Under the pieces are notes generated by a model. It was not told the origin of the DNA. It saw nothing but the letters and a program-made list of their open reading frames with translations, and made no database searches. Shown piece by piece: positions 13,734 to 26,781 of a stretch of 64,000 bases of DNA; within the stretch, counting starts at the first letter, position 1; each line of letters opens with the position of its first letter. The stretch covers positions 3,200,001 through 3,264,000 of the forward strand of contig OY970320.1 of assembly GCA_963716745.1 (NCBI GenBank). The letters run 5' to 3'. The DNA is from an uncultured Gemmatimonadaceae bacterium. GTDB taxonomy: Bacteria > Gemmatimonadota > Gemmatimonadetes > Gemmatimonadales > Gemmatimonadaceae. The position numbers and the translations under genes are program-made.

Positions 13734-14185
13734 GCGACAAGCAGGAGACGATCCCGATCGCGAGCGACCACGCGGGCTTCGAATTGAAAGCGAAGCTCGC
13801 GGCGGCGCTGCGCGAACTCGGCTATGCGGTGCAGGACCTGGGCACGACGAGCGACGCGAGCACGGACTATCCTGACTTCGCGCATCCGCTCGCGAAGGAG
13901 ATCTCGAGCGGCGAGGCGAAGCGCGGCGTGCTGCTCTGCGGCACGGGGCTCGGCATGAGCTACGTGGCGAACCGCTACCCGCACGTGCGCGCCGCGGTGG
14001 CATGGACGCCGGAAGTCGCGGCGCTCGCGCGCCAGCACAACGACGCGAACGTGCTCGTGCTGCCCGCGCGCTTCGTGACGGAAGAGCAGGGACGCGCGAT
14101 CCTCAAGACGTGGCTCGACACGCCCTTCGAGGGCGGACGCCACGAACGCCGCGTCGAGAAGATCGAGCGCGAAGGGGAGAAGTGA
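13730..14185 (+). CDS. rpiB: Ribose-5-phosphate isomerase B
   Basis: [32 protein letters not shown]. Confidence 0.95.
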   Translation: MSDKQETIPIASDHAGFELKAKLAAALRELGYAVQDLGTTSDASTDYPDFAHPLAKEISSGEAKRGVLLCGTGLGMSYVANRYPHVRAAVAWTPEVAALARQHNDANVLVLPARFVTEEQGRAILKTWLDTPFEGGRHERRVEKIEREGEK

Positions 14186-15458
14186 CCGACTGGGTGAACT
14201 GGGACCGCTGTCCGCCGGGTCCCGCGCTTGCGCGCAGCCGACGCCGAGGTCGCGCACGCGATCGCGCAGGAGACGCGCGCGGCAGAACGAAGGGATCGAG
14301 CTCATCGCGAGCGAGAACTTCGTGTCGCCGGCCGTGCTCGAGGCGATGGGCAGTCCGCTCACGAACAAGTACGCCGAAGGATTGCCGGGCAAGCGCTACT
14401 ACGGCGGCTGCGAATTCGTTGACGTGGTGGAGAATCTCGCGATCGCGCGCGTGAAGCAATTGTTCGGCGCCGATCACGCGAACGTGCAGCCGCATTCGGG
14501 GGCGCAGGCGAACGCCGCGGTGTACTTCAATTTCCTGAAGCCCGGCGAGACGGTGATGGGGCTCGACCTTTCACAGGGCGGGCACCTCACGCATGGGTCG
14601 CCGGTGAACTTCTCCGGCATCCTCTATCACGCGGTGCACTACGGCGTGAACGACGACGGCGTGATCGACTATGACAACGTTCGCGCGTTGGCCTTGGCCG
14701 AGCGGCCGAAGATGATCGTCGCGGGCGCCAGCGCGTATGCGCGCACCTTGAATTTCGAAGCGTTCGGCTCGATCGCGCGCGAGGCGGGCGCGGTGCTCAT
14801 GGTGGACATGGCGCATATCGCGGGACTCATCGCGGCGGGACTGCATCCGTCGCCGGTGCCGCACGCCGACGCGGTCACGAGCACCACGCACAAGACCCTG
14901 CGCGGTCCGCGCGGCGGACTGATCCTCTGCAAGGCGCAGCACGCGAAGGGGATCGACAAGGCCGTGTTCCCCGGGCTGCAGGGCGGGCCGCTCATGCACG
15001 TGATCGCGGCGAAGGCCGTGGCGTTCCACGAAGCGTTGCAGCCGGGATTCAAGGAGTACTGCGCGCAGATCATCCGTAACGCGCGAGCACTGGCGACCGC
15101 GCTCGCGGAGCGCGGCTTCCACATCGTATCCGGCGGCACCGACACGCACCTGATGCTCGTGGACCTGCGCAGCAAGGGACTCACGGGCAAGGTGGCCGAG
15201 CAAGCGCTCGACGCCGCGGGGATCACGGTGAACAAGAACACAGTCCCGCGCGAGACGCAGTCGCCGTTCGTGACGAGCGGAGTGCGGATCGGAACGCCCG
15301 CGGTGACGACACGCGGGATGCGCGAACCGGAGATGGTCCGGATCGCCGAGTTGATCGACCGGGCGCTCGCGCGGGCAGATAATGCGGAGAATCTCGCGAA
15401 GATCAGAGGGGAAGTGAGAGAACTCGCGAAGGGGTTTCCGTTGTATCCGGACCCTTGA
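14182..15458 (+). CDS. glyA: Serine hydroxymethyltransferase (indels in the N-terminal part)
   Basis: [33 protein letters not shown]. Confidence 0.96.
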
Positions 15459-15460
15459 TG

Positions 15461-15569
15461 AACCGCTGACGGCGGAACTGGTACCGCTGACGGCGGGATT
15501 GGCGTTGGATGGGGCGGTATCTAACGCCAATCCCGCCCTCAGCGGTGCCAGTCCCGCCGTTCTTCGGTT
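15461..15569. repeat. Intergenic palindrome of 21-nt units directly after the glyA stop
   Basis: ACCGCTGACGGCGGAACTGGT ACCGCTGACGGCGGGATTGGC GTTGGAT ... ATCTAACGCCAATCCCGCCCTCAGCGGTGCCAGTCCCGCCGT. Confidence 0.85.
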
Positions 15570-15627
15570 GTAGAGTTGTCATTCCGGGCGTAGGGCGTCA
15601 TCTTAGCGACCATCGGAGGTTCTTGTC

Positions 15628-16017
15628 GTGAGCGTTGAGCTCTGTTTCCGCGATGGGATCATGGACCGCATTCGGGCGCGCGAGCCGCGCTACCGCGAAG
15701 GCGCGTACTTGTTCGTCCTCGCGGCGCTCGAGTTCTCGCAATCGCGGCTCACCGACCGCCGTCACATCTCCGGCGCCGAACTCGCCTCCGCCGTGCGCGA
15801 GCTGGCCATCACCCGTTATGGCGTGACCGCCCGTCTCGTCCTCGAGTACTGGGGCGTGCGCAGCACCAGTGACATCGGCGACATCGTGTTCACGCTGGTG
15901 GACCTCGGAATGCTCCTCAGCCAACCGACGGACACTCGCGAGGAATTCTTCGGCCTCTTCGATTTCGCTGAGGCCTTCGAGCGGGAATATCCGTGGAGCG
16001 CGGCGACGCTGGTCTAA
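15628..16017 (+). CDS. Minf_1886-family conserved protein
   Basis: RY..AY.FV..AL, RHISG.EL, VLEYWGV.ST.DIG.IVF.LV pattern. Confidence 0.75.
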   Translation: MSVELCFRDGIMDRIRAREPRYREGAYLFVLAALEFSQSRLTDRRHISGAELASAVRELAITRYGVTARLVLEYWGVRSTSDIGDIVFTLVDLGMLLSQPTDTREEFFGLFDFAEAFEREYPWSAATLV

Positions 16018-16027
16018 GAGGCGGACA

Positions 16028-16061
16028 GCGGGTCTCGGCCGTCGACTGTCGGCTGTCGCCG
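16028..16061 (+). repeat. GGCTGTC-type heptamer repeat, copy 1 (intergenic)
   Basis: 31/34 identical to 20659-20692. Confidence 0.7.
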
Positions 16062-16086
16062 ACCGCACCGATCACATAGAGCGGAC

Positions 16087-17652
16087 ATGAGTGGATCCCC
16101 GGCGCAGATCCGCGTCACGACGGCGAGCGAGGCGGCGGCGTTCGACGCCGCGGCCATCGCGGGCGGCACGCCGAGTGGCGAACTCATGCGGCACGCCGGC
16201 GAGCGCGCGGCGGCGGAGATCCACCGCCGCTTCACGCACATGGGCCGCGCGGGCGTCGCGATCTTCGCGGGCGCCGGCAACAATGGCGGCGACGGTTACG
16301 TCGTGGCGCGCGCGCTCGCGGCGCTCGGCGTTGCCGTGAGGATCATCGCCGTGGGCGAGCCCGGTACTCCCGACGCGATCGCCGCGCGCAACGCCGCGGT
16401 CGCGGCCAAGGGTGTCACGCTCGAGCACAGCGCCGGCGATGCGAAGCTCATCGTCGATGCGCTCCTGGGGACCGGCTCATCCGGCGCGCCGCGCGGCGCG
16501 ATCGCCGCCGCCATCGCGAGCATCGATGCGGCGCGCGCGCGCGGCGTGCCCATCATCTCGCTCGATCTCCCGAGCGGCCTGAACGCCGACACCGGCGAAG
16601 CGGCGATCGCCGTGCGCCCCGACCTGACGCTCACGTTCGGCACGGTGAAGCGCGGCCTGCTCCGCGCGCGCGACGCGGCGGGTGCGATCGCGCTGATCGA
16701 CATCGGCCTCGGCGCACTGGCCGATCGCGGCGACTCGCCCATGCTCGTGACCCCCGAGTGGGTGCACTCGCGCGTTCCCATTCTATCGGCCGATTCGTAC
16801 AAGGGCGATCGCGGGAAACTCGTGATCGTGGGCGGCCAACCCGGGATGGCCGGTGCGCCGATGCTCGCGGCGCGCGGCGCGATGCGCAGCGGCATCGGCA
16901 TGGTGCGCCTCGTGGTCGCGCGCGAGAACATTCCGGTGGTGCAGACGGCCGTGCCCCAGGCGATGGCGGCCGCGTGGCCTGCGCGCGATGACGAAGTGCG
17001 CGACGCAATCAACAATTGGGCGGACGTCGTGCTCATCGGCCCCGGCCTCGGCGATTCGCCGCAATCGCGTGAACTGGTGGAGCGCGTGCTCACGACGTGG
17101 CGCGGACCTGTGGTGGTGGACGCCGATGCGCTCAATGTTTTCCGTGGCGATACCGCGCGCCTCGGCGCGCTGCTCACCGGGCGCCCTGCGCTGCTCACGC
17201 CGCACGCGGGCGAGTGCGCGCGCCTCCTGGGCACCAACGCGGCAGACGTGATCGCGCGATCATTCGAGATCGGCGGCGAACTCGCGCGCGCGGCCAAGTG
17301 CGCGGTGCTCCTCAAGGGCGTCCCGACAGTGATCACCGCCGAGAGTGGCGCGCGCTACGTGAGCGCCACCGGCACGCCGGCGCTCGGCACCGCCGGCAGC
17401 GGCGACGTGCTCGCCGGGATCGCGGCCACGATGCTGGAGCAACTCGGCAACGCGGCCGATGCCGGCGCCGTCGCCGCGTGGGTGCACGGCCGCGCGGCCG
17501 AGCTGGTGAACGTCGGACGCCGCTGGCGGGGCATCACGCTCGACCAGATCGAGACCGCGGTGTCCAGCGTGTGGGCCCTGAAGCTTCCGGCGCCGCACCC
17601 GCACGTGCTCGCCGAACTGCCCGCGATCGGGGAGGTCGCGGATCGCATATGA
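16087..17652 (+). CDS. nnr: Bifunctional NAD(P)H-hydrate epimerase/dehydratase
   Basis: GAGNNGGDG, VDALLGTG, DLPSG, DADAL, TPHAGE, TAGSGDVLAG. Confidence 0.93.
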   Translation: MSGSPAQIRVTTASEAAAFDAAAIAGGTPSGELMRHAGERAAAEIHRRFTHMGRAGVAIFAGAGNNGGDGYVVARALAALGVAVRIIAVGEPGTPDAIAARNAAVAAKGVTLEHSAGDAKLIVDALLGTGSSGAPRGAIAAAIASIDAARARGVPIISLDLPSGLNADTGEAAIAVRPDLTLTFGTVKRGLLRARDAAGAIALIDIGLGALADRGDSPMLVTPEWVHSRVPILSADSYKGDRGKLVIVGGQPGMAGAPMLAARGAMRSGIGMVRLVVARENIPVVQTAVPQAMAAAWPARDDEVRDAINNWADVVLIGPGLGDSPQSRELVERVLTTWRGPVVVDADALNVFRGDTARLGALLTGRPALLTPHAGECARLLGTNAADVIARSFEIGGELARAAKCAVLLKGVPTVITAESGARYVSATGTPALGTAGSGDVLAGIAATMLEQLGNAADAGAVAAWVHGRAAELVNVGRRWRGITLDQIETAVSSVWALKLPAPHPHVLAELPAIGEVADRI

Positions 17653-18585
17653 GCGGCGGCTCGGCGCTCGGGCCCGGCAAGGAGTTCGATCTCATTCGCG
17701 CGATGCTCGCGCGCTACGGCGATCTGGCGCACGGCGTGGGCGGCGACGCGGCGCTCGTGGACATTCCCGCGGGCGAGCGCCTCGTCGTGAGCACCGACAC
17801 GTCGGTGGAGAACGTCCACTTCAAGCGCGCGTGGCTCTCGCCGCGCGAGACCGGCTACCGAGCGACCGCCGCCGCGCTGAGCGATCTCGCGGCGAGTGGC
17901 GCGACGCCCATCGGGATCCTGGCGGCGCTCACGATCCCGCCGGCGTGGCTGCCGCATGCCGAGGAGATCGCCGAAGGGATCGGCGAATCGCTGCGCGAGG
18001 CGCGCACGCACATCCTGGGCGGCGATGTGACGGGCGGCGCCGAGTTGATCGCTCGCGATCACCGTGCTCGGCCGCGCCGCCGAACCGCTGCGGCGCGATC
18101 TCGCCGCGCCCGGCGCGACGCTCTACCTCACGGGGCGATTGGGCGGTCCACTCGCGGCGCTCAAGGCGTGGAACGCGGGGCAGAACCCGTCACCCGAGGC
18201 GCGGGCGCGCTTCGCGCATCCCGAACCGCGTCTGCGCGAGGCACATTGGCTCGTGGAGCACGGCGCGCGCGCCGCGATCGACATCTCCGATGGCCTGCTC
18301 GGCGACGCCGCGCACATCGCGCACGCGAGCGGCGTGCGGCTCGTGCTCGAACTCGACTCGGTGCGCACCGTCGCCGGCGTCACGCCCGTGGACGCGGCCC
18401 AGAGCGGGGAGGAGTACGAGCTGCTCGTCGCGGCGCCGCCACACCTGGATGTGAGCGCGTTCGAGCGCGCGTTCCAGTTGCCGCTCACGCCCGTGGGCCA
18501 CGTGGAGCAGGGGGCGGCGGAAGTGCGCGCGACATTCCGCGGCGCGCGCGTTGCGGCGCATGGCGGCTTCAGCCACTTTTCGTAG
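17649..18585 (+). CDS. thiL: Thiamine-monophosphate kinase (indel near 18050)
   Basis: EFDLI, STDTSVENVHF, LSDLAA, GGD, IDISDGL, GEEYEL. Confidence 0.9.
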
Positions 18586-19332
18586 GTGCGCGCCCTCATT
18601 GCGTATCCCGCCATGGCGTTGGTCACGATCTTCTTCGCCGTGCCGATCCTCGTGCTCACCGCGCTCGGTGTCACCATCGCGCCCGACAGTTTCCTCGGGC
18701 GCGGCGCGTACTGGTGGAGCCGGTTCATCCTGTGGGTGGCGGGCATCCGCGTCACGCTCAGAGGCGAGGAGCACATCGGCCACGGTGAGAGCCGCGTGTA
18801 CATGTGCAATCATGTGAGCTGGTGGGAGATCTTCGCGCTCGCGACCAGCATCCCGCGCTATCGCATGGTGGGCAAGATGGAGATCAAGAGGATCCCGCTG
18901 TTCGGCCCCGCGGCGGGCGCCGTCGCGGCGATCTACATCAACCGGCAGAACCGGCGGTCGGCGTTCGCGGCGTACGAGGAAGCGGTGCCGCAGATGAAGG
19001 GCGGCATGTCGGTGGGCGTCTTCCCCGAGGGAACGCGGGGATTCTCCTATGAGCTGCGCCCGTTCAAGAAGGGCCCGTTCGTGCTCGCGATCGCAGCGCA
19101 AGTGCCGGTGGTGCCGGTGGTCGCGTGGGGGTCGCTCGAGATCCAGAAGAAGGGGCAGGTGCTCATCCATAGGAATCCGATCGAGCTTACCTTTCTGGAG
19201 CCCGTGCCCACCGCGGGGCTCACGTACGACGACCGCGAAGCACTCATCGAGCGCGTCTGGCACGCGATGGCGGACGAACTCGAGCGGAAGGGGATCCACA
19301 GCCGCGGCGCCGCGATGGCGGCGGCTGGCTGA
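18586..19332 (+). CDS. plsC: 1-acyl-sn-glycerol-3-phosphate acyltransferase family protein
   Basis: NHVSWWE (NHxSxxD-like), FPEGTR, FKKGPF. Confidence 0.85.
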   Translation: MRALIAYPAMALVTIFFAVPILVLTALGVTIAPDSFLGRGAYWWSRFILWVAGIRVTLRGEEHIGHGESRVYMCNHVSWWEIFALATSIPRYRMVGKMEIKRIPLFGPAAGAVAAIYINRQNRRSAFAAYEEAVPQMKGGMSVGVFPEGTRGFSYELRPFKKGPFVLAIAAQVPVVPVVAWGSLEIQKKGQVLIHRNPIELTFLEPVPTAGLTYDDREALIERVWHAMADELERKGIHSRGAAMAAAG

Positions 19333-20984
<1,652 letters not shown>

Positions 20985-21020
20985 TTCCGGGGCGTCATCC
21001 GGTCATATTTCGCTCACTGA

Positions 21021-21094
<74 letters not shown>

Positions 21095-21108
21095 TGCGAC
21101 ACGTGGAC

Positions 21109-21147
21109 ACGCCGCCGACGGCAAGCAATGCCGCTCGGCGGCGTTTT
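21109..21147 (+). terminator. Rho-independent terminator after tRNA-fMet
   Basis: ACGCCGCCGACGGCA...TGCCGCTCGGCGGCGT followed by a T-run. Confidence 0.75.
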
Positions 21148-21269
21148 CACATCCTGGCATCTCGCGGCGCCTGCGCGATCATTGGACTTAGGTCCCCTAT
21201 TGCACCGTGCCATCTCGCCTTATGTTCGCCGAGCGATTCGTCCAGAACTTACTTGGCAAGGAGAGAGTG

Positions 21270-23295
21270 ATGAAAACACTGCCCGTCGTACTATTGGCGG
21301 CCGGCGTTGCGGCCACTGTGGCGATCTCCGGAACTCCGCCGACCGGCACCGCGAAGGCTGACGGCAGCATTCAGGGAATGGTCGTTCTTGGCGGCGCCCC
21401 GATCGCCGGGTCAACAGTGACGCTCTGGGGAGCCAGCGCCGACGCGCCGAAGCAACTCGATCAAACGAAGTCGAGCGACGACGGACGCTTCGAGGTCAGT
21501 CTGAAGGGTGCGAGCGGTGATGCCGTGATGTACGTGGTTGCCACGGGTGGCACGCCCAAAGCCGGCAAGGCGGGCGGTGACGAGGCGGCGCTCGTTCTTC
21601 TCGCGATCGTGGGGAGCAAGCCGCCGGAGCACGTGGTGGTGAACGAACTCACCACGGTCGCCTCGGCATACACCGCCGCGCGATTCATTCATGACGGGTC
21701 GATTTCAGGCAATCCGCTCGGGCTGCGGATCGCCGCAGCGAACGTCCCGAATTTCGTGAACCTGCAGACCGGCAGTTGGGGTTCCGTCATCACCGATGGA
21801 CTGAACCTGACTCGCAGCACCACCATGGCGACCTTCAGCACGCTCGCGTCCTTCGTCACCTACGCCGGCACGTCCGGCAACGGTGACTGGCGCTCGCGGT
21901 TCTTCCGCGCGGCAACGCCGAGCGGAGGAACGGCTCCCACGAACACACTCGCGAGCGATCGCTGGCATTGCGCGCCAGTCGTGGGCCCATCCCAAGGAGC
22001 TGTTCGCGCTGTTCGAGGAAGCCTATCCGCGGACGAAGGATGGCGCGCTGGATGCGGCGCCGTTCGTGCCATACCTCCAATTCGCGCCGACGGACTTCGC
22101 GCTCGTCCTGCGCTTTTCGGGCGGCGGCGCATACGCGCCTGGCCGGCTGATGTTCGACGCCAACGGCGACCTGTGGACCGGTGTGAATTGGATGCCCGGC
22201 TCGCAGTCCAACGCCGTCACGAACATTGGCGGAGGCCTCGCGAAGTTCGGGATCGATGGTTCCGCGCTCTCGCCACCGGTGACCGGATTCATGGGCGCCG
22301 GCATTAACGGGATCGGCTGGGGAACGGCTGTTACCAAGGACAACGTCTGGGTATCGAGCTTCAACGGCAAGATCCTGGTGACGGATCTCGAGGGGCGTCC
22401 GGTGGCGAGCGAGCAGGACTTCCCGTTCGGCGGCAAGCTGCACGGCCTCATGGGCATCGGCGTTTCGGCGAGCGGCGATGTGTGGATCGCCGACGGCGAA
22501 GGCGATCAACTGCTCTTCTTCCCGGGCGGACGAGTGAAGGAGGGGCGGATCGTGAAGGTGGCCGGCCTCGCGGGACCGTTCGACGTCGTCATCGATGACC
22601 AGGATCGCGTGTGGGTCTCGAATTCGAGATCCGAGACGGTCACGCGATTCCCTTCGAGCGATCCGAGCAAGGCGCAGGCCTTCCGGGTCGGTTTGGCCCC
22701 CCGCGCGTTGGCCCTCGATTCGAAGAGCAACGTGTGGGTCGTCAATTTCATCACACCCGGATTTCCTGGCGTAAAGCCGCTCCCGCCGCACGCGACGATC
22801 ATGCAGGAGTTCCAGGCGTTCAGTCACCTCCTCGGTCCGCTCGCATCGGGAAAGGTGAAATCGACGGGCTTCGTCAGCATGATCCGGCCGGATGGCTCAC
22901 AAACCTCGCCGCATGGCTATAACGCCAGCGGAGCTGTCAACCTTCCATGGGGCATCAACGTCGACGGCAACGACGACGTGTGGACGACCAATGGCTGGCT
23001 GCGCGGGATCGTGTACATGGCGGGTGACAACACGAAGGGACATCCGGCCGGCACGAAGACCGGCGAACTGTTGCATCAGTTCTTCAGCGGTTCCTTCGAG
23101 AACTTCACCGATGTGTCGATCGACGCGGCGGGCAATGCCTGGTGCGCCAACAATTGGAACGATGTGCCCATCGCGACAGGTATCGCGCACGACCTCGCAC
23201 GCTCCACCTGGGGCGGCGGGACTGGAGTGAATGTCATCTACGGCGTGGCCGAGCCGGTGCTGCCGCCGCGCATGGGCAAGGTGCGACGGCCCTAG
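21270..23295 (+). CDS. Secreted NHL/beta-propeller repeat protein (indel near 21955)
   Basis: Signal peptide; repeated D..GN/D.W..N blades; ORFs 21207..22307 and 21883..23295 join. Confidence 0.75.
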
Positions 23296-23319
23296 AAGCT
23301 TTCTGGCTCGCGTCCGATC

Positions 23320-23356
23320 AAGCCCCGTGGAGATTTCGGTCTCCGCGAGGCTTTTT
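23320..23356 (+). terminator. Rho-independent terminator
   Basis: AAGCCCCGTGGAGA-loop-TCTCCGCGAGGCTT followed by TTT. Confidence 0.75.
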
Positions 23357-23423
23357 CGTTGACTCAGCGACCTAGCGAAGGATCACGGTTCACGCATTTG
23401 AAGGCATCCGATAGAATCGGCTC

Positions 23424-23995
23424 CGGACCGGAATGGACGGAGACCGCACCGACAGGTAGCCGGTCGTGCATGCGTGTATCCTGATGCGATGTGCGCCCTG
23501 ATGCATAGCCTCCGGCTATGCGTAGACTCGGTCTCGATCGAGGAGGATCTCATCGACGACTCATGTCGATCGGGGCGTTCTATGAAGTGTACAAAGCGTT
23601 GGGCTATGGTTTCAACTCGAGCCGTTGTACCAGTCGGCGATGGAGCGCGAACTGCGCGCTCGTGGGCACGCGGTAGGGCGCAGGAGGCGAAAGTGCGTGT
23701 CATCGTAAAAGGCGAAGAACTCGAGCACGCAGCGGCTGGACATGATCGTGTTGCATGAGCGAGCATCATCTGTGCGAGTCATCGAAGTCAGTACTCGCTT
23801 GCTCAGTGAGATCCGAAGGCTCGACCACATTGGTTAAGTTACCGATCCACGGAACGAGCCTGACGGGTCGGATACTGCTCCTCCGGATGTTCAGCCCCAG
23901 GATCGCAGTATTACCGGACGTCATGCATTTCCTGAACGACTTAGACTCTCCAATGCGGTCTCCGTCCAATCCGTTCCATCCGGTCCGATCCGTTC
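23424..23995. mobile_element. Putative GxxExxY element bounded by inverted repeats
   Basis: TGGACGGAGACCGCA (23434-48) and TGCGGTCTCCGTCCA (23954-68) form a perfect 15-bp IR extended by ~9-nt ATCCGTTCC-like units. Confidence 0.6.
23518..23944 (+). pseudogene. GxxExxY-family (PD-(D/E)XK-like) gene with many indels; not in the ORF track
   Basis: Manual frame-hopping gives IGAFYEVYKALGYGF/LEPLYQSAMERELRARGHAVGR/EAKVRVIVKGEEL/QRLDMIV; GFLEPLY matches GxxExxY. Confidence 0.8.
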
Positions 23996-24076
23996 AGAAT
24001 ATGAGCCGTGATGCAGATCGGAGCAGCGCGGATCGTGTCGAGCGCGCGATTGCGCCGTTCGCCATTATTCCCGGCC

Positions 24077-25277
24077 ATGAGACTCACGAGCATTTCAGCG
24101 ATCGCCCCTCTCGCGCTCGCCGCGGGCTGTACCTTCGCCCCACCGCCCACGCCCGCGTTCTATTCCACCACCCGCGAGACGATCCCCGCCAAGCCCGGCG
24201 AAGTGATCCGGCACGAGCCGATCGCCGGCGCACCCGTCGGCGCGCAGGCGTATCGGGTGCTCTACTCGTCCACCGGGCTCGATGGCAAGCCGATCGCCGT
24301 CTCCGGCGTCGTCGATCATCCCGTACGGCGCGCCGCCGTCGGGCGGATGGGACGTCGTCGCCTGGGCGCATCCCACCACCGGCGTCGCGCAGTACTGCGC
24401 GCCGTCGCTCAAGAATGATCCGCTCGGCAACATCGAAGGCCTCGAGGCGCTGCTCGCGCGCGGCTACGTCGTGACCGCCACCGATTATCCGGGACTCGGC
24501 ACAGTAGGGCCACATCCGTATCTCGTGGGCATCAGCGAAGGCCGCGCGGTGCTCGATCTCGTGCGCGCCGCGCGCAATTTGCCGGGCGAGAAAGTCGGCC
24601 CGCGATTCGCCGTGTGGGGCCACTCGCAGGGCGGGCAGGCGGCGCTCTTCGCCGGCCAGCTCAATTCGTCGTACTCTCCCGAGCTCGCGCTCGTGGCAGT
24701 CGGCGCCGCGGCGCCCGCCACGAATCTCGCGGTGCTCCTGCAGGATGACATCCATTCTCTCGCCGGCCGCGTGCTCGTCTCGTATTCGGTGTGGAGTTGG
24801 TCGCGCGTGTACGACACGCCCATCGACAGCATCGTGCGCCCCAGCGCGATCAAGACCGTGGATGAGATCGCCGGCGGCTGCATCCAGACTTACGGCGAGA
24901 CCTATTCCGTGGGCGTCGACGCGCTCCCGCTCGGCCGCAACTTCCTGTTCGCCGACCCCGATTCCGTGCAGCCCTACCGCGGATTCCTCTCGGAGAATCG
25001 CGCCGGCGCCGAGCGCACCGCGGCGCCCATGTTCCTCGTGCAGGGCGCGTCTGATCTCATCGTGCGGCCCAGCGTCACCAAGAGTTTCGCGGCGCGACTC
25101 TGCGAGCGCGGCGAAGTGGTGCGCTTCCTGCTGCTGCCCGACGTGGGCCACATGGGCGCGGGCAAACAGGCTGCGGCCCCGATGGTGCAGTGGATGCTGA
25201 GCATCTTCGCCGGCAACACGCCGCCGAACGACTGCGAGTCAATCCTCAAGCAGTGGGCGCCCGCACCGGCGCCCTAG
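24077..25277 (+). CDS. Secretory lipase (LIP family alpha/beta hydrolase), lipoprotein (indel near 24315)
   Basis: Lipobox LAAGC; WAHPTTG, TDYPGLG, GHSQGG, QGASD, GH. Confidence 0.88.
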
Positions 25278-26780
25278 TGCTTCGTCGTATCCGCCTTCGC
25301 CTTCATGACGGAATCGGCCTTCGCCTTCCGCACCGAGTCCGGCATCGCATGCATGAGCGAATCCGCGAGCGTGTCCGCATTCCACCCGCCGCCGAGCGCG
25401 CGATAGAGTTCTACGTAGCTGTTCACCTGCGCACCCATCGCACGCGCGTGGTCCAACTCGGCCTGGAACAGCCGGCGGTCGGCGTCCAGCACTTCGAGGT
25501 AGTTCGACAGTCCGCCATCATACCGCACGCGCGCAATGCGCGCACCCTCGCGCAGCGCCACCACGCCGCTGTCCGTCGCGGTGCGCACCTCGGCCGTCCT
25601 TTGCGTGGCGATGAGCGCATTGCTCACTTCGCGGAACGAATTCTGCGCCGCCCTTAGGTACGCCGAGATCGCCTGGTCGCGCCGCGCCAGCGTCGCTTCG
25701 TATGTCGCGTCGATGCGGCCGCCGGCGAAGATCGGCTGCAGCAGACTGCCGCCCGCCGACGCAATGACCGCGTCGGCCGAACCGAGATTCCCGAAGCTCG
25801 CGCTCGCGATGCCAAGGAGTCCAGTAAGCGAGACGCGCGGGAAGTAGTCCGCCTTCGCCACGCCAATGTCGGCGTTCGCCGAGATCAACTGGTCCTCCGC
25901 CTCGAGCACATCCGGCCGCCGTTCTAGCAGCGTGCTCGGCAATCCGGATGGCACCTGCGGTGGGATGTACTCGTTGCTCAAGAGCGTGCCGCGCGGGATC
26001 GAGCCCGGCCCGCGGCCGAGCAGGAAGTTGATCTGATTCTCCAGTTGCGCGATCTGCCGCTGGAGATCCGGGATCGCGGCCGCGGCGACGGCGACATCGC
26101 CCTCAGCCTGCGCCACTTCGAGCCCCAATGCCACGCCGCCCTTCACGCGATTCTGGAAGAGCACGACCGTGTTCTGGCGGATGAGCAGCGTGTTGCGCGA
26201 GATCTCGAGCTCGAGATCCAGCTCACGCAAGATTGAAGTACGACTGACTCACTTCCGCGATGAGCGAGATCACGACGCCGGTGCGCGCCTCCACCGTCGC
26301 GAGATACTGCGCTTGCGCGCTCGCGCTGAGCGATCGCACGCGCCCCCAGAGGTCGAGCTCCCAGGAGAGATTCAGGTTGGCGCCGTACGAGCCGGGATAC
26401 CGGTTCGTATTGGCTGCGGCCGCCTGTTGCGTGGTGATCTGATTGGCCGACGCGCCCGCGCCGAGATCGATCTGCGGATACAGTCCCGAGCGCGCGATGC
26501 CGTACTGCGCCTGCACTTCGGCCACGCGCGCACTCGCGATCCGCAGGTCGAAGTTCGCGAGCAGCGCCTGATGCACGAGCGTTTTCAGCGTCGTGTCCTT
26601 GAAGTAGTCGAACCAGGCGACGTCGGCGATGCTCTTCGCCGAATCCATGATCACCGTCGAATCGGCGCCGCGGAATCCGGCCGGCGTGGGGACTTCGGGG
26701 CGGTGATAGGCGGGGCCCACCATGCACGCCGTGAGGGCGAGCGCCGCGACCGCGGCGCGCGAGAATCTCATGCCACGCAT
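25274..26780 (-). CDS. Efflux outer-membrane lipoprotein, NodT/OprM family (indel near 26230)
   Basis: LTACMVGP.Y.RP, SWELDLWG, PSTLLERRPD, LYRALGGGW. Confidence 0.93.
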
Positions 26781-26781
26781 C

